64,000 nucleotides of DNA from Candidatus Moraniibacteriota bacterium (GTDB lineage: Bacteria > Patescibacteriota > Minisyncoccia > Moranbacterales > JAPLXC01): NCBI GenBank assembly GCA_026396275.1, contig JAPLXC010000002.1, forward strand, positions 74,922 through 138,921, written 5' to 3'. Below the pieces are notes generated by a model that saw only the letters and a program-made list of their open reading frames with translations, did no database searches and was not told the origin of the DNA. The stretch's first letter is position 1. Every line of letters begins with the position of its first letter. The position numbers and the translations under genes were made by a program. Shown here one piece after another: positions 9,362 through 16,699 of this stretch.

Positions 9362-9432
9362 TATGAAAAAACTGGACAAAAAGGCAAAAAACTTTGTTTT
9401 TAATTTAAGTAAAAATTAACTATAATTACCAT

Positions 9433-9876
9433 ATGGATAAGAAAATAATTGAATTTAATCAAGTTTCCCGTCAAAAGAAGATGCCGGTTCTGCGAGCGGG
9501 AGATATTATTAAAGTGCATCGTAAAATAATTGAAGGAGGGAAAGAAAGAGTCCAGGTTTTTGAAGGAATCATTATCTCGGTTAAAGGAAAGCAAAGTTCC
9601 TCGCCAATGATAAGGGTGCGCAAAGTTTCAGAAGGCGTGGGAGTAGAATTGATCATTCCTGTCTATTCTCCGCAAGTCAAAAAAATTGAAGTGGTAAGGC
9701 AAGCAAAAGTGCGAAGGGCAAAATTGTATTATCTGCGGGAGCGGTCAGCCAAGTCGCTCAGAATGAAATACAAGGAATTGTCAGAGTTTGCAAAGGGCGA
9801 GGAAGAAGAGAAGAAACCGGACAATACTGAAAAATCAGAAGCCAAACTTCCTTTAGAGAAGCACAAAGAAAAATAG
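9433..9876 (+). CDS. rplS: 50S ribosomal protein L19
   Basis: GDIIKVH, KERVQVFEG, VRKVSEGVGVE, KVRRAKLYYLR. Confidence 0.97.
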   Translation: MDKKIIEFNQVSRQKKMPVLRAGDIIKVHRKIIEGGKERVQVFEGIIISVKGKQSSSPMIRVRKVSEGVGVELIIPVYSPQVKKIEVVRQAKVRRAKLYYLRERSAKSLRMKYKELSEFAKGEEEEKKPDNTEKSEAKLPLEKHKEK

Positions 9877-10001
9877 TTTTTAGCGCCCAAGACGCAAAGC
9901 GGCATATTAACTGTTCACTTTACTAAGATTTGCGGATGTGGTGCCTGCCTGCTTGTCTCGCTAAAGCTATGGAGAAGCGGGCGGTCAGGGAACCCGGTAT
10001 A

Positions 10002-10137
10002 TTTACCCCGCATCAATTTCTGTGTTCTGAAGAAAGGGGACGTGGCGGAATTGGTATACGCGATAGGTTGAGGACCTATGCTCGCAAGAGCGTGAGGGTT
10101 CAAGTCCCTCCGTCCCCACACAGGAATTGGTGCGGGG
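10002..10137. mobile_element. TTTA-CCCCG...CGGGG element carrying tRNA-Leu(GAG)
   Basis: 20-bp arms CCCCGCATCAATTTCTGTGT / ACACAGGAATTGGTGCGGGG. Confidence 0.8.
10036..10118 (+). tRNA. tRNA-Leu(GAG), intact, nested
   Basis: GGGGACG/CGTCCCC acceptor; ATAGG-TTGAGGA-CCTAT anticodon arm. Confidence 0.94.
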
Positions 10138-10317
10138 CGCATATGCCCCAGTACTAAGTCCAGGGTGGACTAGTACGGGGTAAACTTGAGGTGCATGTGG
10201 GAGTAATCTCCCTAGAGGTTTTTACCCCGTATTTGGAGCGAAGCGACATAGTTCGGGGCAAATCCTCTCATCCGCACTTGAAGGATCCTTAGCTCAGTTG
10301 GTAGAGCGCTTCGCTTA

Positions 10318-10430
10318 TTCACCCCGCACCAAAATTAAGGGCAATTAGCTCAGTTGGCTAGAGCGCTTCGTTTACACCGAAGATGTCGTAGGTTCGAGTC
10401 CTACATTGCCCACTAGAATTTGGTGCGGGG
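10318..10430. mobile_element. TTCA-CCCCGCACCAAA...TTTGGTGCGGGG element carrying tRNA-Val(TAC)
   Basis: Perfect 12-bp inverted repeats at 10322-10333 and 10419-10430. Confidence 0.82.
10339..10412 (+). tRNA. tRNA-Val(TAC), intact, nested
   Basis: GGGCAAT/ATTGCCC acceptor; CTTCG-TTTACAC-CGAAG anticodon arm. Confidence 0.94.
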
Positions 10431-10493
10431 CAAACCGAAGATGTCGTAGGTTCGAGTCCTACAGGATCCACTAATAATGTTTTTTAAAATTTT

Positions 10494-10565
10494 GCCAGGC
10501 TAGCTCAGTGGTAGAGCGAAGGACTGAAAATCCTTGCGTCCCCAGTTCGATTCTGGGGCCTGGCA
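10494..10565 (+). tRNA. tRNA-Phe(GAA)
   Basis: GCCAGGC/GCCTGGC acceptor; AAGGA-CTGAAAA-TCCTT anticodon arm. Confidence 0.94.
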
Positions 10566-10593
10566 CAATAGGCAAAATTTAGTATGGGGCAAG

Positions 10594-10656
10594 CTGAAAA
10601 CTTATGTCGGCAGTTTTTACCCCGTCGAATGATTGGGGCGATCCTGTCCCCAAGCA
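10594..10656 (+). pseudogene. 3' half of a second tRNA-Phe with an element in its T loop
   Basis: After element end TTAGTATGGGGCAAG: CTGAAAA...GGCAGTT|tttaccccg...tgggg 10616-10638|CGATCCTGTC CCCAAGCA. Confidence 0.7.
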
Positions 10657-10736
10657 CAACGCCAAGCATTCCACTATAACTAATATGATTAAGGAATGCT
10701 AATTACAGTAATGTTACTACTAAGTATTAGTAGTTA

Positions 10737-10809
10737 GGGTCCGTAGCTCAGCGGTTAGAGCGGCCGGCTCATAACCGGTTGGTCGCAAGTTCGAATCTTG
10801 CCGGACCCA
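10737..10809 (+). tRNA. tRNA with CAT anticodon, probably tRNA-Ile2 (lysidine-modified)
   Basis: GGGTCCG/CGGACCC acceptor; GCCGG-CTCATAA-CCGGT anticodon arm; lacks initiator features (paired position 1, no GGG/CCC anticodon stem). Confidence 0.88.
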
Positions 10810-10855
10810 CATAAAAAATTCAAAATTTAAAAATCAAAATGCAAAACTTAAGAAA

Positions 10856-10926
10856 GCGGAATTAGTATAGTGGTAGTACGCCACCTTGCCAAGGTGATGG
10901 CGCCGGTTCGATTCCGGTATTCCGCT
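10856..10926 (+). tRNA. tRNA-Gly(GCC)
   Basis: GCGGAAT/ATTCCGC acceptor; loop TTGCCAA; U discriminator. Confidence 0.92.
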
Positions 10927-11016
10927 CAATTTTAGGTTCGCTGCAGCACCGCTGAAGGGTGCTAAGCGCCCGGCATTCTTTAGCAGTACCGGGCGATTCC
11001 GCTCACTCGCTCTAAA

Positions 11017-11053
11017 AGAAAAATTCCTCAAATGGTGAGGAATTTTTCTTTTT
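11017..11053. terminator. Hairpin terminator
   Basis: AGAAAAATTCCTCA-aatgg-TGAGGAATTTTTCT followed by Ts. Confidence 0.55.
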
Positions 11054-11177
11054 GTGTTAAAATGAGTCAAAACGTAACTTAGTGCGGTTAAACCTTTAAT
11101 TGCGACCGTAGTACAGTGGCAGTATACGACCTTCCCAAGGTTGAGACGTGGGTTCCCTGCCTGCCATTGCTCCAAAT

Positions 11178-11425
11178 GCGGATGTAGTATAGTGGTAGTG
11201 CCCCAGTACTAAACTTGCCTTACGACAAATTAATACGGGGCAGGCATAACCTTCCCAAGCCCCGCACTAAATCTGCACCGCACTTTGTGCGAGAATAGTA
11301 TAGTGGCATTACACTTGCTTCCCAAGCAAGAAACGCGGGTTCAATTCCCGTTTCTCGCTCCGTTATTTGTGCAGATTTTAGTGCGGGGCAAGGTTGAAGC
11401 GTGGGTTCGATTCCCATCATCCGCT
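11178..11425 (+). pseudogene. Middle tRNA-Gly(CCC), split by two elements
   Basis: Removing 11201-11244 and 11260-11392 gives GCGGATG TA GTAT AGTGGTA GTGC A TAACC TTCCCAA GGTTG AAGC GTGGG TTCGATT CCCAT CATCCGC T. Confidence 0.87.
11289..11359 (+). tRNA. tRNA-Gly(CCC), intact innermost copy
   Basis: GCGAGAA/TTCTCGC acceptor; CTTGC-TTCCCAA-GCAAG anticodon arm. Confidence 0.92.
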
Positions 11426-11713
11426 CAGGCATTTGGCAGGCGGGGATTCTCATATCCCGCTCAAAGATTCTCTGAAAAATTGGCTTATTTCAACCCCGAA
11501 TATTTTCCTAGAATAAGCCAAATTTAGACCAAAATCCCTTATTTAAGGGATTTTTTGGTTTTCCAAGCTTGACTTTCTGCCTGCAATCTGCTAGCATGGT
11601 AGGTTGGCATAATATGCCTTTTTTGTTTGGGCTATTTGCCAGCCCCCTAAACCACAGAAGGTTCAGGGCAGGGCAGTTTCTGAAAAACGTGCCTTAACAA
11701 TTAATGATAGCTT

Positions 11714-12277
11714 ATGGAACTTATTAGTATAATCGCCACTCTGCCGATTGCTGGCGGGCTGACTTTCGGAACGCCAACCATAGTAGAGGAACCAATCAAT
11801 ACTAATACAAAAATAGAATTTGTGGTTGAGAAAAATATACAACTTAATAACGGTTTTGTTGAAAGCAAAAATAATATTCCATATAACTCCGAGAGCTATA
11901 AACCAGTGAAAGGCGAAGAAGAAATTAAAAGAGAAGAAAAACTTTCCAAGTGGGAAGAAAAGCAAGCTCATCTGAAAAGCAATCTTCCTAAAGAAAAATT
12001 TACTGGAAACTTCTCGGCTTATACTGCCGCCGCTGACGAGTGTGGAAAATCGGACGGGATTACCGCGAGCGGCCTTAAGGTTAAAGGAAAAAGAACCCTT
12101 GCCTGTCCTCCGCAGTATCCTTTCGGAACAAAAGTTAAAATTGAAGGATACGGAACTTATGTCTGCGAAGATCGCGGGGGAGCGATCAAGAGTAACCATT
12201 TTGACATTTATATGGAAACTAAATCTCAAGCTTTCGCTTTTGGAAGAAGGCATCTCGAAGCGGAAGTGGTGGATTAA
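11714..12277 (+). CDS. 3D-domain (MltA-like) cell wall protein
   Basis: SAYT...GITASG...PFGTKVKIEGYG...EDRGGAIKSNHFDIYM...FGRR. Confidence 0.88.
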   Translation: MELISIIATLPIAGGLTFGTPTIVEEPINTNTKIEFVVEKNIQLNNGFVESKNNIPYNSESYKPVKGEEEIKREEKLSKWEEKQAHLKSNLPKEKFTGNFSAYTAAADECGKSDGITASGLKVKGKRTLACPPQYPFGTKVKIEGYGTYVCEDRGGAIKSNHFDIYMETKSQAFAFGRRHLEAEVVD

Positions 12278-12286
12278 TCCATCCAA

Positions 12287-12349
12287 ATGTCATTCCGGGC
12301 TTGACCCGGAATCTAGAAAATTGGATTCCCGCCTTCGCGGGAATGACAT
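12287..12349. repeat. TGTCAT...ATGACA double-hairpin palindromic element (REP/RPE-like)
   Basis: ATGTCATTCCGGGCTTGACCCGGAATC...GATTCCCGCCTTCGCGGGAATGACAT. Confidence 0.8.
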
Positions 12350-12359
12350 ACTAACAAGC

Positions 12360-12392
12360 AAAAACACCCAAGGATTTTCCGAGGGTGTTTTT
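12360..12392 (+). terminator. Intrinsic terminator
   Basis: AAAACACCC...GGGTGTTTTT. Confidence 0.55.
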
Positions 12393-12437
12393 GTATTACC
12401 TTGTTAATTTTGGCTTGTTGGTATAAATTTGTTATAA

Positions 12438-12508
12438 GGTCCGGTGGCCGAGAAGTTAGGCAGAGGTCTGCAAAACCTCTTACAGCAGTGCAAATCTGCT
12501 CCGGACCT
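12438..12508 (+). tRNA. tRNA-Cys(GCA)
   Basis: GGTCCGG/CCGGACC acceptor; GAGGT-CTGCAAA-ACCTC anticodon arm. Confidence 0.9.
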
Positions 12509-12533
12509 CAAAATTATAGTATGGTTTGTCCAA

Positions 12534-12621
12534 GCCCGGGTGATGGAATCGGCAGACATGAGGGACTTAAAATCCCTTGGATGAATAATCCGTGCGAGTT
12601 CGAGTCTCGCCCCGGGCACCA
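12534..12621 (+). tRNA. tRNA-Leu(TAA)
   Basis: GCCCGGG/CCCGGGC acceptor; AGGGA-CTTAAAA-TCCCT anticodon arm; long variable arm; encoded CCA. Confidence 0.94.
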
Positions 12622-12626
12622 AAATT

Positions 12627-12931
12627 ATGACCAATTATACAATAATCTCGAAATTCAGAAATAAAGAACAGGTAGAATATCTCACTCGAAAATTAAAAGA
12701 AAAAGGTAATACTTGTTATACACTTTTAAAAGAGACATGAAAGGACTAGAGGATTGTGAAAAAGTTATTATGCTTCTTCCGGGCGGAAACTCCGCACATA
12801 TTGAAGCTGGCATTGCTTATGGAATAGGCAAACCGCTTATATTGATAGGCGAACCAGAAAAACCAGATACTTTGTATCTGATATTTAAAGAGAGATATAA
12901 AACGATAGAGAAATTTTTGAAGAGTATTTAA
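12627..12931 (+). pseudogene. Frameshifted nucleoside 2-deoxyribosyltransferase-like gene
   Basis: ATG 12627 frame MTNYTIISKFRNKEQVEYLTRKLKEKGNTCY stops early; a different frame continues with RDMKGLEDCEKVIMLLPGGNSAHIEAGIAYGIGKPLILI. Confidence 0.6.
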
Positions 12932-13581
12932 AACAATCTTTCCTGCTTATCTTCTTCTGGCTCTATTTTCATATTTTCAACCGCCGGATTTTCTTCCGGT
13001 TTCTTTGCCATTTCCAGAACTTTAGGAATTTTTTTGAAGTCCTCGATTAACACGCTTCGCATTCCGCCGTTATAGAGCGCAGCGGCGGGGTGGTAGAGGG
13101 CATAAAAGACCCATGTGCCAATCTCAGGGATATTTCTTCGTAGCGCTTTTCCGTGAATCTGGGAAATTTTTTGATTGGGCAAGAATCTTTCCATCGCGTG
13201 TTTTCCTAGAAGCACAATTAATTTCGGATCAATTATTTTAATTTGTTCCACAAGCCACGACCAGCAGGCCTCCACTTCTTCCGGAAGGGGATCGCGGTTT
13301 CCCGGCGGGCGACACTTGATTATATTAGCAATATAAGTATCCTCCCTTTTTATATCTATTGTCTCTAATAGTTCATCCAGAAATTTGCCGGCTGCTCCGA
13401 CAAATGGTCTTCCCAACTCATCTTCCCTTTGTCCTGGTCCTTCACCGATAAACATAATTTCGGCTTCAGCGTTTCCCTCGCCGGGAACAACCACCCGGCA
13501 GGTTTCACGTAAAATACACTGGTTGCATTTCATCATGCGGTCATTGAGTTCGTTTAGTTGTTCTTGTTTCCTTTTTGTCAT
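12928..13581 (-). CDS. Uracil-DNA glycosylase family 4 (Fe-S)
   Basis: CxxC, GEGPG, GRPFVGAAG, KCRPPGNRDP, YHPAAALY. Confidence 0.93.
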   Translation of the reverse strand: MTKRKQEQLNELNDRMMKCNQCILRETCRVVVPGEGNAEAEIMFIGEGPGQREDELGRPFVGAAGKFLDELLETIDIKREDTYIANIIKCRPPGNRDPLPEEVEACWSWLVEQIKIIDPKLIVLLGKHAMERFLPNQKISQIHGKALRRNIPEIGTWVFYALYHPAAALYNGGMRSVLIEDFKKIPKVLEMAKKPEENPAVENMKIEPEEDKQERLF

Positions 13582-13634
13582 CCTGAACTTGTTTCAGGAT
13601 CTAATTAGATTCCGGATCAGGTCCGGAATGACAA
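13575..13634. repeat. TGTCAT...ATGACA palindromic element overlapping the UDG start
   Basis: TTGTCATCCTGAACTTGTTTCAGGATC...GATTCCGGATCAGGTCCGGAATGACAA. Confidence 0.8.
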
Positions 13635-13635
13635 T

Positions 13636-14169
13636 CTAATTTAGATCGTGAATGCGAATTAATTCAAATTTATCATTGTCAGTATTCCACACTGCAAACG
13701 TCGGTGGGTATATTTCTCCAGCCACGTTTCCAGGATTGAGCATTTTGCAATTGTTTATAATTTCTTCCCACGGTTTGTGAGTATGTCCGTAAAAAACAAA
13801 ATCATACTTGCCAGTTTGGCAAAGCTCTTTGGCAGTTTCGGTGTAATGAGTAAAAGCAATTTTTCTTGCCCCGTGACCGCCTGGTTTTATGGGGTTATTT
13901 TCAATTTCTATTTCGCCATAATCTTTAAAAATCCAGGTATTTTTATACTTCTTGTCGAAGTCATAATTTTTAAGCTGCCCATCATCCATATTCCCGAAGC
14001 AATAATAAATTTCTCCCGAAAAATTATCATTCAAAAAATCTAGCGTTTCCATTGAAGCCAAATCCCCGCAGCAGATTATTTTTTTAATATTGTTATCCCT
14101 GCAATAATTCAAAACTTTTTCAAGGTTAGTTATGTTGTTGTGAATGTCGGAAATAATGGCAATTTTCAT
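13636..14169 (-). CDS. YfcE-like metallophosphoesterase
   Basis: SDIHNN, CGD, GNMD, GHTH, NPG motifs. Confidence 0.9.
   Translation of the reverse strand: MKIAIISDIHNNITNLEKVLNYCRDNNIKKIICCGDLASMETLDFLNDNFSGEIYYCFGNMDDGQLKNYDFDKKYKNTWIFKDYGEIEIENNPIKPGGHGARKIAFTHYTETAKELCQTGKYDFVFYGHTHKPWEEIINNCKMLNPGNVAGEIYPPTFAVWNTDNDKFELIRIHDLN
13865..13894. mobile_element. 30-nt CTTG-CCCCG...TGGGG element, in frame in the phosphoesterase
   Basis: Removal restores EIENKKIAFTH. Confidence 0.7.
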
Positions 14170-14213
14170 GAAATTCTCTACTAATTACGAATTTGTACGA
14201 ATATACTAATTTT

Positions 14214-15038
14214 TTATTTATCTCTTAATGTTTTCAAAATCTTTATGTCTTCTTCCACTCCCGGCCATTCGGTTTCACAGAGCATATCCATGCTATTTTT
14301 CTTGGCGAAAGAAACTATATTTTTAAATGCTTCCAAGCCAATTTTGCCTTTTCCAATATGTTCATGACGGTCTTTTTGGGATCCGCAGTCCGATTGGCTA
14401 TCGTTGGCGTGGATTAATTTAATATTTTTCATCCCCAGTTCTTTGTCTATTCTTTTGAGAGTGTTTTCAAAATCAGTCCAATCATATCCTGATGCAAAGG
14501 AGTGTTGAGTATCCAAGCATATACCTGCGATAGTAACACTATTTACGCCCTTAATAATTTCTGCCAGTTCTTGTAAATTATCTCCGATAATTTCTCCTGC
14601 TCCAGCGCTGTTTTCTAAAAGTAATTTTGTATTTCCGTCATAACCTTCCAAAGATTTCTTTAACATCTCAATAGTTTTTTTGATTGCTTCTTTTTGTCCT
14701 AGCTCTTTGGCGGTGCCAATATGAGTCATTACGAATTTAGCGCCCAGCATATTTCCTCTTTCCAATTCGTCGCGAATAGTTTTAACGGAACCATAACGGA
14801 TGCGATTATTGAGTGAAGCTAAGTTAATGTAATAAGGAGTATGTATATAAACTTCCTTAATTTTGAATTTTAATTTTTGAATTTTAAATTGTTCACAAAT
14901 TTCATTTGTGAGTATTGGCGCTTTTCCTCCCTGTGGCGGGCGAGTAAAAATCTGAATAACTTCGCAACCCAAATTATGCCCGTTTTTTGGTGCGTTTTGG
15001 ATTCCTCCTGCTACTGAAACATGAGCGCCAATGTTCAT
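14214..15038 (-). CDS. nfo: Endonuclease IV
   Basis: IGAHVS, HTPYYINLAS, LLENSAG, CLDTQHSFASGYD, HANDS, DRHEHIGKG. Confidence 0.93.
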   Translation of the reverse strand: MNIGAHVSVAGGIQNAPKNGHNLGCEVIQIFTRPPQGGKAPILTNEICEQFKIQKLKFKIKEVYIHTPYYINLASLNNRIRYGSVKTIRDELERGNMLGAKFVMTHIGTAKELGQKEAIKKTIEMLKKSLEGYDGNTKLLLENSAGAGEIIGDNLQELAEIIKGVNSVTIAGICLDTQHSFASGYDWTDFENTLKRIDKELGMKNIKLIHANDSQSDCGSQKDRHEHIGKGKIGLEAFKNIVSFAKKNSMDMLCETEWPGVEEDIKILKTLRDK

Positions 15039-15152
15039 AAATATTCCCCCGCGAATCTACAAATTTTGCTACAAATCTACAGATACTATGATTGTATTAT
15101 ACATTATTTCTGATTTATTCGTACGTTCGTACAGTTTAGTAATTCGCAGAGA

Positions 15153-15303
15153 TTACACTATTTCCCATCCGTTTTCCGCCCCAGCACCATTTTTCAATAA
15201 AGTTATTTCTTAATAATAAGTTTATTGGACAAAACGGCTTCGCCTTTGATTTTTCATAATTGATAATCTGTGCTGAAAATGGTGCGGGGTAAATCTCCAC
15301 AAT
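15153..15303 (-). pseudogene. Relic second 3' end of the DHH gene, interrupted by a TTTA-CCCCG element (15179-15293)
   Basis: Joining the flanks gives IVETENGWEIV*, versus the current C-terminus IVETDKGWEII*. Confidence 0.75.
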
Positions 15304-15305
15304 TT

Positions 15306-16265
15306 TTAAATAATTTCCCAGCCCTTGTCGGTTTCTACTATGCGACCCTTCACTTCAAATCCGCTGGCTAAGATATGCCCACCTCCCCCAAAATGCCGGG
15401 CAATAGCAGAAACATCCACTCCTTTATAATCCTCCGAGCGCAAGCTCCCTTTGATTACTCCACTCTCGCGTTCAGAAAGTATAAGAGAGAATTTTGTTCC
15501 AGGCACGGTGTTAAGAATAGACGCTAACTGGGCGATATCATCTGTGGAGGCATTACATCCCTCAATATCTTCTTTGGTAAGAGCGGTAATTATCATCCCG
15601 TTTTTAGGGTTGATTTTAGCTTTTTCAAAAGCCCTCCCCCATAGTTTGAGAGTGGAAATTTTCTTGTTGGCTAGTGCGGCATCAATAATTTTGGATAAAG
15701 AAATTCCCTTTCTCATCAGGGAAGAAGCAATTTCCATCACTCGGGCTGTCGTATTGGAATGCTGGAAGTTTCCCGTGTCGGATAAGATTCCCAGCATTAG
15801 GGAGGCGGCAATGTTTTTGCTTATTTGCTCATTGGTGAATTCAAGATAATCGTAAACTATTTCACATACCGAAGAATAAGAAGAATCAATAATATTAATA
15901 TCTCCTTTGAGAGTAATGTCGGGATGGTGGTCGAGAAGAACTATAACTTGGTTTGGAAGAAGTTGATTTTTGATTTTATCGAACCCTCTTTCCACGCTGT
16001 CTGCAGCGATAACCGTTTCGTAGGATTTAAGATCGAGATGGTCCGGATATTCAAATTGTGAAGGAAAGGCAGATCCCAAAAGAGGAGGAAGCGGGTCAAA
16101 ACAGGCAATGTCAGCCAGCTTCCTTTTGTCTTTTAAATATTCTTTTAACGCCAGGACAGATCCCACTGTGTCTCCATCAGGCCCGGAGTGGGCAACTAAT
16201 AGAATTTTGTTGGATTTTTTAATGACGTAACGCAAGGCATTAAATTCACGGGCGAATTTGTGCAT
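15306..16265 (-). CDS. nrnA: DHH/DHHA1 phosphoesterase (NrnA-like)
   Basis: HSGPDGD, LDHH, SDTGNF, GGGGH; lies next to rbfA. Confidence 0.88.
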   Translation of the reverse strand: MHKFAREFNALRYVIKKSNKILLVAHSGPDGDTVGSVLALKEYLKDKRKLADIACFDPLPPLLGSAFPSQFEYPDHLDLKSYETVIAADSVERGFDKIKNQLLPNQVIVLLDHHPDITLKGDINIIDSSYSSVCEIVYDYLEFTNEQISKNIAASLMLGILSDTGNFQHSNTTARVMEIASSLMRKGISLSKIIDAALANKKISTLKLWGRAFEKAKINPKNGMIITALTKEDIEGCNASTDDIAQLASILNTVPGTKFSLILSERESGVIKGSLRSEDYKGVDVSAIARHFGGGGHILASGFEVKGRIVETDKGWEII

Positions 16266-16366
16266 AAAATTACAGAATTTGGAATTCAGTATTTAGAATC
16301 AAGAATGGGAATTACGAATTATGAATCAAGAATATTATTTATTCAAAATTCTAAATTAAAAATTCA

Positions 16367-16699
16367 CTATTCTAATTCTATAAGTATTTTTTCCACCTCG
16401 TCGGCTTTTGATTCGGTTTTGTCGAGTTGGAATTCAATCCGTGGAAGCGGTTTTGTGGAAAGCTTTTTATTAAGAACGCCCTGAAGGCGGTACATTTCTT
16501 TTTTAAGCGTTTCCATAACATAATTAGCTTCGCGCTCGGGGAAAATACTCACGAATATCCGAGTATAGCGGAGATCAGGAGTAGTGTCAACTTTAGCCAC
16601 AGTGACAAAGACCCCGGGCTTGAGGTCAAGTTCCCGGGTTATAATTTCAGCCACCTGGCGCTTAATTAGTTTGTTTATTTTTTCAAGGCGATGAGACAT
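16367..16699 (-). CDS. rbfA: Ribosome-binding factor A
   Basis: RLEKINKLIKRQVAEII, TPDLR, PRIEFQLD; downstream of infB. Confidence 0.92.
   Translation of the reverse strand: MSHRLEKINKLIKRQVAEIITRELDLKPGVFVTVAKVDTTPDLRYTRIFVSIFPEREANYVMETLKKEMYRLQGVLNKKLSTKPLPRIEFQLDKTESKADEVEKILIELE

Larger units (their letters stand above)
9932..10276 (+). pseudogene. Outer tRNA-Leu(GAG) interrupted by four palindromic insertions
   Basis: Removing 9944-9989, 10002-10137, 10146-10184 and 10221-10258 gives GCGGATG TG GTG GAACCCGGTATA CGC A TATGC TTGAGGT GCATG TGGGAGTAATCTCCCT AGAGG TTCAAAT CCTCT CATCCGC A, a complete cloverleaf. Confidence 0.88.
10283..10470 (+). pseudogene. Outer tRNA-Val(TAC) split in the anticodon loop
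   Basis: GGATCCT/AGGATCC acceptor with intact D and T arms; element 10318-10430 sits in the anticodon loop. Confidence 0.85.
11102..11461 (+). pseudogene. Outermost tRNA-Gly(CCC) shell, split in the T loop
   Basis: GCGACCGTAGTACAGTGGCAGTATA CGACC-TTCCCAA-GGTTG AGAC GTGGGTTC|cctgcctgcca 11156...11444 tggcaggcggg|GATTCTCAT ATCCCGCT; only the GCG/CGC part of the acceptor pairs. Confidence 0.8.

Noticed and set aside
9932-11461. Group I introns or standard attL/attR prophage integration as the explanation for the split tRNAs
   Set aside because: Inserts are as short as 23-46 nt, occur in both orientations and at many tRNA positions, show no ribozyme core or integrase, and carry whole tRNAs rather than duplicated 3' ends.
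9915-11527. Short ORFs across the tRNA cluster (also 7563-7832, 12401-12664, 19125-19836)
   Set aside because: They are chance translations of tRNA genes and palindromes and show no protein motifs.
11600-11713. c-di-AMP (ydaO) riboswitch upstream of the 3D-domain gene
   Set aside because: The context would fit but I could not match the conserved motif; an Rfam search is needed.
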